Assembly: GCA_002368175.1 (NCBI GenBank)
Contig: AP018172.1
Span: 221,599 to 285,598, forward strand
Direction: 5' to 3'
DNA length: 64,000 bases
Source: Calothrix sp. NIES-2098
GTDB taxonomy: Bacteria; Cyanobacteriota; Cyanobacteriia; Cyanobacteriales; Nostocaceae
Below the pieces are notes generated by a model that was not told the DNA's origin, did not search any database, and worked only from the letters and a program-made list of their open reading frames with translations. A program made the position numbers and the translations under genes. The first letter of the stretch is position 1; every line of letters starts with the position of its first letter. Below are positions 40,092-48,458 of this stretch, piece by piece.

Positions 40092-40493
40092 CAATTTGAA
40101 TAAGTTCGTAGTTATTTGTAATTCGTAATTACGAATTAACTAAGTCGGTGAGAAAAAACCAAACTATGTAAGGAAAAGTAAAATCTATGTATTTTGCTCG
40201 TAGTTGCGCTTTAGCGCTATAAACGCAACGCAGCTTCTCGCAGAGTAGCGTGACTACAAACAAGTGATGATTATTGCACCAACTTATACCGATTCTCTAT
40301 GAAGATGCATAGAATAAAGCTTCATAGAGAATTGGTATTATGCTTGCTAATTTTAGTATAGGACTCTTATTTGTAGGAATTATGCATTAAGAGGAAATAT
40401 TGTATGTCTATGATTAAAAAATTATATTTTTCCTAGGGGTTTCGCAATGCGAAACCCCTACTTGCTCTCAGGACAAATTACGCTCAAAAAATG

Positions 40494-42404
40494 CTAACGA
40501 GTATATTTAAGACTTTCCATCTTCCCTAAAAACTTATCTGTGAAGATACTTATAACAGTGCGTTTGCGAACGTTAATATTAGCACTTAAAGACATTCCAG
40601 ATTGTAGTGGTACTTCTGCACCATTAATATTCATTGATTGCTTTGTTAGCCGAATTTCTGCTGGGAAACGATAGTATTGATGGGTTTGATCGGGTGGTAA
40701 AGCATCAGAACCGACACGAATTAATTCTCCTTTAATATCGCTAAATTCAGTGTAAGGAAAAGAATCAAGTCTGACATCAACAGGCATTCCCGCTTTGACA
40801 AAGCCAATATCATTATTGGTGATGAAAACTTGTGCAACTAAATTTTCTGGAGGCACAATTTTGAGAATAGATTCGCTGCTGTTATAAACGTATCCCGGAC
40901 TACGAGGCTTTAAATCAAAAACAATACCATCATTTGCAGCTCGCAGTTCTTGGTATTTCATATTTAACTGGAGTTCGCTGATTTGACTGTTAATTTCTTG
41001 GATTTTTTTATTGTTTTCGACAATAACTTTGGTAAGTTGACTATCTATTTCAGTGATGCGCTTTTCGTTATCGGCGATTTTGCTAAGTAATTCTTCTTTA
41101 GAAAGGGCGATCGCATTTTGTAATTTCTTTTGTCCTTGGGCGATCGCTAATCTTAAACGTTCTTCTTCTTGCACCAAGCGGTTTACCTCAGCTTGGCTAG
41201 CATCTGCTGCTTGTCTTCGTTCTAGATAAGGTAAGCGCGCAAATGCTCCCTTTTGCACGAGAGTTTCTAAGTTATTGGCAATCTCTAAATTTGTCTTCAG
41301 ACTACTTCTAGCGTTAATCAGTTGGACTTGCACCTGATTTAGCTGCCGAGTTAACTGTTCTCTATCCAACCTGACTGACTCAATGCGAGACTCTCTTTCT
41401 AATTGCCTAGTTAGTAAGCGTTGGCGAAATCTTGGATTTAAGTCGCGTATTCCCTGCCCTTCGTTTAATTCTGCCTGAAACAGTTGATTTTCCTGCACCA
41501 ATGCTGCACGATTTTCTGTTAGCGCTGCTAATTCGGGTAAATTCTGTAACTGCTTGGGACTAGAATTAGCTGTGAGCGATCGCATCTGCGTTTTGTAAAA
41601 CTCATTTTCTGCCATTAAGCTGGCGCGAACTGCTTGCAAAGAAGCTAATTTCGCCTGACTGGTGGTGCGATCGAAGCTAACTAACAAATCGCCTTTTTTG
41701 ACTCTTTGCCCTTCCTGCACGTGAATTTGGGCAATTACCCCGCCAACTGGTGCTTGAACTTCTTTCACAAAACCTTTCGGTTCGAGTTTACCTTGCACGG
41801 CAACAGATTCGTCAATCTTGGCATTACAAGCCCAGATGACTGCAAAAGTTGTGACTCCAACTATGCTCCAGACAATAGCATGAGACCAAGCACGAGATTG
41901 TTTGAGGATGACAGGCTGATCGAATTCCTCTTTCTCCTCAGGTAAAGTCAGTCCGGAACCACCGAAAACACCTACATCTCCTTGTAGAAGCAGTTGCCAT
42001 TGACGCTGGGCTTGTGGGAACCGCTTCCAGATTAAAAATATTCCTCCAACGGCAAACAAGAATAAAAATCCGCCCGTAGGTAGAAGCATTTCCAGATGAA
42101 AAGGGCGATATTCAACAGCATCAACATAATTTTTCTGATAATCGCTCTTTTGTTGTAAAAACGGTTGATTTTGGGATTGGGCTTGCGCCACCGTTGAGTC
42201 GATTTTACGCTCGCTTCGCGAATCTTCACGAGCGATAGGTGATGAAAGTGCTAACTCCATGCTTTCTGGTTGACTAACACAAGCACTTGGATCGGATGTT
42301 ACTGGAGTTTTATCATCAGCACGAATTTCTTGGCAAGAATTAGCAGGTGTTTGAGAGATTTTGGAACATTGTGTGCAAGCTAGCAGCAAAGATAAATCTG
42401 GCAT
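40494..42404 (-). CDS. HlyD-family membrane fusion protein of a type I secretion system, with a long N-terminal extension
   Basis: TM anchor (FLFLFAVGGIFLIW), long coiled coils, and the C-terminal beta-barrel/lipoyl region (VQGKLEPKGFVKEVQAPVGGVIAQIHVQEGQRVKKGDLLVSFD ... VRLDSFPYTEFSDIKGELIRVGSDA). N-terminal 120 aa are Ser/Gln-rich. The true start is uncertain. Confidence 0.8.
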   Translation of the reverse strand: MPDLSLLLACTQCSKISQTPANSCQEIRADDKTPVTSDPSACVSQPESMELALSSPIAREDSRSERKIDSTVAQAQSQNQPFLQQKSDYQKNYVDAVEYRPFHLEMLLPTGGFLFLFAVGGIFLIWKRFPQAQRQWQLLLQGDVGVFGGSGLTLPEEKEEFDQPVILKQSRAWSHAIVWSIVGVTTFAVIWACNAKIDESVAVQGKLEPKGFVKEVQAPVGGVIAQIHVQEGQRVKKGDLLVSFDRTTSQAKLASLQAVRASLMAENEFYKTQMRSLTANSSPKQLQNLPELAALTENRAALVQENQLFQAELNEGQGIRDLNPRFRQRLLTRQLERESRIESVRLDREQLTRQLNQVQVQLINARSSLKTNLEIANNLETLVQKGAFARLPYLERRQAADASQAEVNRLVQEEERLRLAIAQGQKKLQNAIALSKEELLSKIADNEKRITEIDSQLTKVIVENNKKIQEINSQISELQLNMKYQELRAANDGIVFDLKPRSPGYVYNSSESILKIVPPENLVAQVFITNNDIGFVKAGMPVDVRLDSFPYTEFSDIKGELIRVGSDALPPDQTHQYYRFPAEIRLTKQSMNINGAEVPLQSGMSLSANINVRKRTVISIFTDKFLGKMESLKYTR

Positions 42405-42506
42405 AGTTCTACTGGGTCGTTGTCCTTTGTCAGTTGTCAGTTGTCAGCCATTTATTTGTCCTTTGTCCTTCGTCAGTTGTCCTCCGCGTCTCTGCGTCTC
42501 AGTTAT

Positions 42507-45428
42507 TCATAACTGTGATTCCTGTTGTTGAAACAGACAGTAATAGCGTCCTTTCATTGCCATGAGTTCGGCGTGGGTTCCTTGCTCGGCAATTACACCC
42601 CGATCCATAATGATGATGGTGTCGGCATTTCTAACAGTGTTGAGTCGGTGGGTAATAAATAAAACAGTACGACCTTGAAAAAACTCCATCAGATTGCGAC
42701 AGACTTGTTGTTCTAATTCGTAATCTAAAGCACTAGTAGCTTCATCAAGAATCAGTAATCTAGGATTTTGCAAAACGGTACGAGCGATCGCAATGCGTTG
42801 GCGTTGTCCTCCAGAAAGGGCAGAACCTCGTTCCCCAACAATGGTGTTGTAGCCGTTGGGTAAGGCCATGATGAAATCGTGCGCTGCTGCAACTTTGGCG
42901 GCGGCGATGATTTCCTCGGTAGTGGCATCCGGACGAATTAAAGCAATATTATCTTGAATTGTCCCTTCAAATAAAAGGGTATCTTGTAACACTATCCCAA
43001 TTTGGCGGCGTAAGGAGTTTAACTCTACTTTCCTTATATCATAACCATCTATTTGGATGTGTCCGGCTACAGGTTCGTACAGACGCGGTAATAATTTTGT
43101 CAAAGTGCTTTTACCAGAGCCGCTTTGACCGACAATACCAACAAAAGTTCCTGGGGCAATTTCTAAATTGATATTGATCAGTTTTAAACTATCTTCTGGG
43201 TTAAATCCAAAGGAAACTCCATTGTATTTAATTGCACCTGCAATTTCTGGTAGTGCAATATTGTTGCGATCGCTTGGCTGAACTTCTGGTGCTGTATCTA
43301 AAATGTCACTAAGGCGTTCGATAGACAATGCTACTTCTTGGAAATTCTGTGATAGTTGAATTAACCGCAGCAAGGGACTAGTAACATAACCAGCAATGAT
43401 CCGAAAGGCAATCAATTGTCCTAAAGTGAGTTGATTGGAGATGACTAAATGCGCGCCTACCCACAACAACACAAAACTCGAAAATTGATTTAAAAATCCA
43501 CTGATAGAATTAGCAGTACTGGAAGTTAGGACATTTTTAAAGCCAGCACTGATGTAACGAGTATAGCGATCGCGCCATTGCCAACGAGATTTTAATTCAA
43601 TATTCTGTGCCTTGACTGTTTGAATGCCAGTGAGAATCTCCACTAAATAGGATTGAGTATCGGCGTGGCGTTCGGCTTTTGTGCGTAACTGTCTCTGCAC
43701 AATCGGCACCACAAAGGTTGTCAAGATGGCAAACAATGGCACAGTAGCTAAGGCAACGAGGGTGAGCATCCAGCTGTAAAACAGCATAATGCCGATATAA
43801 ATCACAGAGAACACAGCATCTAGTACCACTGTCAATGCTGTTCCTGTGAGAAAAGAACGAATATTTTCTAGTTCGTTAATTCGTCCTGCTAATTCTCCGA
43901 CGCGACGACGTTCAAAATAACTCAGAGGTAATTTGAGTAAATGCTCAATAACTTCTGAACCCAAACGGATATCAATACGGTTGGTAGTGTCGGCAAATAG
44001 ATAAATCCGCAGGCTCGTTAAAGCCGCCTCAAACACTCCAATTACCAACAAGAAAATGCCCAAAATATCGAGGGTATCCAGACTTTTCTGAATTAATACA
44101 GTGTCGATGATGATTTGGGTAACGATCGGATTTGCCAAACCAAATATCTGCACAAAAAAGGAAGCCACCAGGACTTCAACCAACACCAGACGATATTTAT
44201 AGATGGAAGGTAGGAACCAACGCAGACTAAATTTTTCGGGGCGATCGCCTTCTGCCTTTTCCACCGTCAATACTTGTCCAGACTCTCCCCAAATTTGGGC
44301 AAATTCCGCAGGAGAATATTGGCATACTCCTGTTTCAGGAGCCGCAACAACCAATTCCCGTTCGGTAATTTTGTATAGCAAAGCAAGATTGTCTCGCCAA
44401 TAAATCAAGGCTGGCGCAGTCAACCGATTAATTACATGAGCCGGAACTGTAACTAACTGGGCTTGCAAACCCATCATTTCGATAACTGCACCAGCCACTG
44501 GTAAGGAAATCTGCTTGTGCGTTTTTAGTTGATTGGTTAAGACTTTGCGAATTAAATCGCGGCGGAAAGAACCCCCCAATATCTGATTCAACATCTGGAA
44601 ACAGGCTAAAGGAGCATCAATAACTCCGTTTCCCGATACAAATATCGTTTGTGCTGGTGCTAGATTTTCGACAATGGGGTCTGGGGGATATTCTGGAGCC
44701 GGAGTAATAGTTAAACTAGCACCATATTCATTAGGAGACTGCCAGGGAATACCAATTAATCGGACTGCGGCTGTATTTTCCCAAATCTCTTGAGAGCCAT
44801 CCAACGCTAATCTATAGCCAACAGTCATACCCTCTATACTGCCAGCACTAACTAGCCACAAATGCCGTTTGTTAAACTGCTGGGAATTAACTGGCCCCGG
44901 AACTAAATTTACTACCTGCGTTTGTTGCCAAACTTCACGTGCTAAATCTTTAATATCGGTGGTTGCATCTGCATGACGCTGAATTTCCAGACTTAAGAGT
45001 TCAAAAACTTCGCTAATGTGGGGACGCGATCGCACTGCTTCGGCAAACTCTGGTTCTGTATCCATCAATTGTAGAAATTCTGCGGCTTCTAGAGTTATCG
45101 CGATCGCATCTGTGGAGGCCATAACAGCCTCGCAACTGAATCCCCGCAACAATCCCAACCAACCAAGAAACTCTCCTTCTTCTACTACAGCCAAACTAAT
45201 TTGTGAGTTTGTCCATTGGTCGTAACCTAATACCCGCGCCTGTCCTTGATAAATCACCATGACTTGTGCTGGCATTCTTTCTTTAACCAACATCCATTGT
45301 CCGGTGCGATATTGCAATAGTTGGCAGTTAAAGGCGATGTTTTTTAAGGTATTAAATGGCAGTGTATTAAACGGGGGAGTGTCAATAAGGAAGGCTAAAA
45401 TTTCGGTCTGGGTGATAGCTGGCTTCAT
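42507..45428 (-). CDS. T1SS ABC exporter with an N-terminal cyclic-nucleotide-binding domain and a degenerate C39-like peptidase domain
   Basis: The cNMP-binding-like region is FNCQLLQYRTGQWMLVKERMPAQVMVIYQGQARVL...EEGEFLGWLGLL. The C39-like region DAPLACFQMLNQILG has Ala where the catalytic Cys is expected. Six TM helices follow. NBD has Walker A GQSGSGKST, signature LSGGQRQRIAIAR and Walker B LLILDEATSALD. Confidence 0.85.
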   Translation of the reverse strand: MKPAITQTEILAFLIDTPPFNTLPFNTLKNIAFNCQLLQYRTGQWMLVKERMPAQVMVIYQGQARVLGYDQWTNSQISLAVVEEGEFLGWLGLLRGFSCEAVMASTDAIAITLEAAEFLQLMDTEPEFAEAVRSRPHISEVFELLSLEIQRHADATTDIKDLAREVWQQTQVVNLVPGPVNSQQFNKRHLWLVSAGSIEGMTVGYRLALDGSQEIWENTAAVRLIGIPWQSPNEYGASLTITPAPEYPPDPIVENLAPAQTIFVSGNGVIDAPLACFQMLNQILGGSFRRDLIRKVLTNQLKTHKQISLPVAGAVIEMMGLQAQLVTVPAHVINRLTAPALIYWRDNLALLYKITERELVVAAPETGVCQYSPAEFAQIWGESGQVLTVEKAEGDRPEKFSLRWFLPSIYKYRLVLVEVLVASFFVQIFGLANPIVTQIIIDTVLIQKSLDTLDILGIFLLVIGVFEAALTSLRIYLFADTTNRIDIRLGSEVIEHLLKLPLSYFERRRVGELAGRINELENIRSFLTGTALTVVLDAVFSVIYIGIMLFYSWMLTLVALATVPLFAILTTFVVPIVQRQLRTKAERHADTQSYLVEILTGIQTVKAQNIELKSRWQWRDRYTRYISAGFKNVLTSSTANSISGFLNQFSSFVLLWVGAHLVISNQLTLGQLIAFRIIAGYVTSPLLRLIQLSQNFQEVALSIERLSDILDTAPEVQPSDRNNIALPEIAGAIKYNGVSFGFNPEDSLKLININLEIAPGTFVGIVGQSGSGKSTLTKLLPRLYEPVAGHIQIDGYDIRKVELNSLRRQIGIVLQDTLLFEGTIQDNIALIRPDATTEEIIAAAKVAAAHDFIMALPNGYNTIVGERGSALSGGQRQRIAIARTVLQNPRLLILDEATSALDYELEQQVCRNLMEFFQGRTVLFITHRLNTVRNADTIIIMDRGVIAEQGTHAELMAMKGRYYCLFQQQESQL

Positions 45429-46177
45429 GCCAAGAGATACTCCACACAATGGTTAGCAGATGGTAAATGAGTTTGAATTTGTGTTTGTATCCAAGCTTCA
45501 AAAAGTTCGTCTAGCAAGTACTGCTGCATATTTTCATCTAACTGAGCAGGTAGTAATTGCTCTAAGCGAATAATTACATACCAATCGGCTATTAAATGCG
45601 GTTTCCAGATTTGACCTGGTTGACTGACATATAGAATTTGCTGAATTATCGGATGTGGTTGAGATAGAGGAACAGGCCCAATTACCCCACCTGTCTGTGC
45701 TTCGCCACCTTGGGAATATTGCTGCGCTATGGTTGCAAAAGGATGTTCTCCCTCTACAATCCGAAAATATAGCTCTTGGGCTAACCCTTCATCTTGGGTA
45801 CGAATCATGGAATATATTACCCGGTCTAAATCTGCTTTGCGGTGCAGAAAGTAAGACTCTAGTTTATTGCCCCAGATTGCAAGCTGAAATTTTCGGATTA
45901 ATAGAGGACGGATGGCTATTTCCTGCATAGTTTCTTGAGTTAGCTGATTCTTTTGCAACCATGCTTGTTCTAACTCTGGTGAAGTCAGTTGGTGACGTTC
46001 GCGAAACTTGGCGATCGCTGTTTGATGTTCTGCTTCCGTGCATGAAAAAGATGCGATCGCCTCTTCGATCGCTTTAGCACGTAATACCTGTGGTAACAAC
46101 TGATAACGATTTAGCAAAGACAGTAATTTTTCTGCCTGAAGAATTTCGTTACCCACTTGTAATGTTTGTGTCGTCAT
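45425..46177 (-). CDS. Cytoplasmic parvulin-like (PpiC-type) peptidyl-prolyl isomerase domain protein, co-transcribed with the T1SS ABC
   Basis: RVIYSMIRTQDEGLAQELYFRIVEGEHPFATIAQQYSQGGEAQTGGVIGPVPLSQ...GQIWKPHLIADWYVIIRLEQ has the rotamase motif. No signal peptide. Its stop overlaps the ABC start (ATGA). Confidence 0.65.
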   Translation of the reverse strand: MTTQTLQVGNEILQAEKLLSLLNRYQLLPQVLRAKAIEEAIASFSCTEAEHQTAIAKFRERHQLTSPELEQAWLQKNQLTQETMQEIAIRPLLIRKFQLAIWGNKLESYFLHRKADLDRVIYSMIRTQDEGLAQELYFRIVEGEHPFATIAQQYSQGGEAQTGGVIGPVPLSQPHPIIQQILYVSQPGQIWKPHLIADWYVIIRLEQLLPAQLDENMQQYLLDELFEAWIQTQIQTHLPSANHCVEYLLA

Positions 46178-46961
46178 AATTCCTGACTAGCACGTTTGGC
46201 ATTCTAAGATTTGGGCAGAAATCTGTACATCTCACGCCGTGAGAGTGTTGAAAGAGACTAGGGAATAAAAAGCCTATCTCTATTTTCTGTTCAGGCATTT
46301 TCTAGCGTATCCGGATTTTTTTCAATAAGCCTTTGTAAAATTTTTTCGCCTCAATTTTTGCCAACTTCGCGAAAACTTTACATTATATCCGGTTTTTAGA
46401 GTAATTTGTTACTAGTTAATATTGATAATACTGATTTTTGTATAAAATTTTAGTATTATTTTACACTTTAAAAAATTAAATCATTAGTTCTGTTTTGCAT
46501 ATAAATAGAGACTTTTATTAGTATAAAGAGGCAATATATACAGAAAATTAGAATTTATAATTTTGGTATAAATTGTATTTTGGCTGCTATGTGACGGTTT
46601 ATCGACCGCCACAAGGCAAGGGTGAAAAAAGCTACTGAATCTTTTATCCTGAGGGGAAGCGATTGATGTATTACTACTTACATCGTTTTCCTTTTAATCT
46701 ACGGGGTCGTCATTCAACTGCCAGAAGCTCAGGCAGATAAAAACCCCTAAATCTGGAAGTCGCATCATCAGGAGAAATATTTCTCTCATACGTAACTTTG
46801 ATGTATCGAACATAAGACTTCACAGTACTTATAAGCTTGTGACAGCTTTACTCTAACTACTCTTTATTTACCCCTCTCCAGGTTTGCTTCTACCAATAAG
46901 TTGCAGCAGAATTTTTCTTGCTGCTGAGTTCATGTGAAGAAATCTTTAAGAGGACGGATCG

Positions 46962-48395
46962 ATGGCAACAACTACTACCCCGACATTTGAACAACAGGTT
47001 CTAGATTTAACCAATCAACAACGAATTAAGAATGGTCTTCAACCACTGCAAGCAAATGCAGAACTCAATTATGCTGCTGACAGCTATGCAGAATTTATGG
47101 CGCAGAACAACTATTTTAGCCATACAGGAAAAGATGGTTCTACTCCCAGAACTAGAGTTAATGCCGTGGGCTTTGATGCTCAAATAGTTGGAGAGAACAT
47201 CGCTTTTGGTCAACAAACACCAAAAGATGTTGTGGATGCTTGGATGAAAAGCCCAGGACATAGAGCTAATATCCTCAATGCCAAATATACTCAAATTGGT
47301 ATAGGTTTTGATAACAAGAATCCGAATAATAGACCGTATTGGGTTCAAGACTTTGGCAGCAATGATACCAACCCAGCGACTAAGATTCCCACTTCAGGTT
47401 CGCAACCAACCCCAACACCAACCCCAACCCCAACCCCAACACCAACCCCAACCCCAACCCCAACCCCAACACCAACCCCAACGCCTACTGGCACATTTGA
47501 ACAGCAAGTTCTGCAACTCACTAATCAAAAACGCGCCGAGAAGGGACTTGCGCCACTCAAAGCTAATGCAGAACTCAATTATGCTGCTGACCGATATGCA
47601 GAATTTATGGCGCAGAACAGCTATTTTAGTCATACAGGGAAAGATGGTTCTACTCCCAGAACTAGAGCTAACGCCGTGGGCTTTGATGCTCAAATAATTG
47701 GAGAGAACATCGCTTTTGGTCAAAAAACACCAAAAGATGTTGTGGATGCTTGGATGAATAGTCCAGGACATAGAGCTAATATCCTCAATGCCAAATTTAC
47801 TCAAATTGGTATAGGTTTTGATAACAAGAATCCGAATAATAGACCATATTGGGTTCAAGACTTTGGCAGCAATGATACCGACCCCACGACCAAGATACCA
47901 ACCGGTGTAAAGGGTTCAGTTTCTGAACTTCCACCTTCAACTACTCCTATCCCTGGTAAAGAACTCAAAGGTAGGAATGGCAATGATATCCTCACTGGCG
48001 GCGCAGGTGATGACACATTGTGGGGTGGTAGAGGTAAAGATACCCTGAATGGAGGCGATGGTAACGATCGCTTGATTGGTGGGTTAGGCAAAGATAAGTT
48101 AACTGGTGGTGGTAACAGCGATACCTTCGTTTATGAAAAACTCCAAGATAGAGGAGATACCATCACTGATTTTGCCGTTAATCAAGATAAAATCGACCTG
48201 CAAAAGATTTTGGCAGGCCCTTCTTACACTGGCACAAATAAATTCGCTGATTACCTAAAGTTTGAACAACTTGGTAGCGATACTGTTGTTCGTCTTGATG
48301 TCGACGGAAAAGCAAAAGCTGGTGGCTTTGAGAAGTTTGTGCTGTTGGAAAATGTCAAGGCCTCTAGCCTAACCGCTAACAACTTTGTTGTCTAA
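46962..48395 (+). CDS. Secreted T1SS substrate: two tandem CAP (SCP/PR-1-like) domains, a PT linker, RTX calcium-binding repeats and a C-terminal secretion signal
   Basis: No N-terminal signal peptide. CAP domain 1 (about 46983-47400) and CAP domain 2 (about 47490-47904) are about 90% identical (HTGKDGSTPRTR...SPGHRANILN...YWVQDFG). Linker is (PT)n. Five nonapeptide repeats: LTGGAGDDT LWGGRGKDT LNGGDGNDR LIGGLGKDK LTGGGNSDT. AAGAGGA RBS upstream. Confidence 0.8.
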   Translation: MATTTTPTFEQQVLDLTNQQRIKNGLQPLQANAELNYAADSYAEFMAQNNYFSHTGKDGSTPRTRVNAVGFDAQIVGENIAFGQQTPKDVVDAWMKSPGHRANILNAKYTQIGIGFDNKNPNNRPYWVQDFGSNDTNPATKIPTSGSQPTPTPTPTPTPTPTPTPTPTPTPTPTPTGTFEQQVLQLTNQKRAEKGLAPLKANAELNYAADRYAEFMAQNSYFSHTGKDGSTPRTRANAVGFDAQIIGENIAFGQKTPKDVVDAWMNSPGHRANILNAKFTQIGIGFDNKNPNNRPYWVQDFGSNDTDPTTKIPTGVKGSVSELPPSTTPIPGKELKGRNGNDILTGGAGDDTLWGGRGKDTLNGGDGNDRLIGGLGKDKLTGGGNSDTFVYEKLQDRGDTITDFAVNQDKIDLQKILAGPSYTGTNKFADYLKFEQLGSDTVVRLDVDGKAKAGGFEKFVLLENVKASSLTANNFVV

Positions 48396-48428
48396 TTAAT
48401 TGAGTTTCCCATCTCCGCTTTGCCATTA

Positions 48429-48455
48429 GGGCGCGATCGCCGCGCCCTTTCTTAA
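48429..48455 (+). terminator. Hairpin terminator after the CAP-RTX gene
   Basis: GGGCGCG-ATCGC-CGCGCCC followed by TTTCTT. The loop contains a HIP1 site. Confidence 0.6.
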
Positions 48456-48458
48456 ATA

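Noticed and set aside
47308-47858. ORFs 47308..47697(+) and 47394..47858(-) with QPQ/WGW repeats
   Set aside because: These are alternative frames or antisense of the (PT)n linker and duplicated CAP-domain DNA inside the well-supported CAP-RTX gene.
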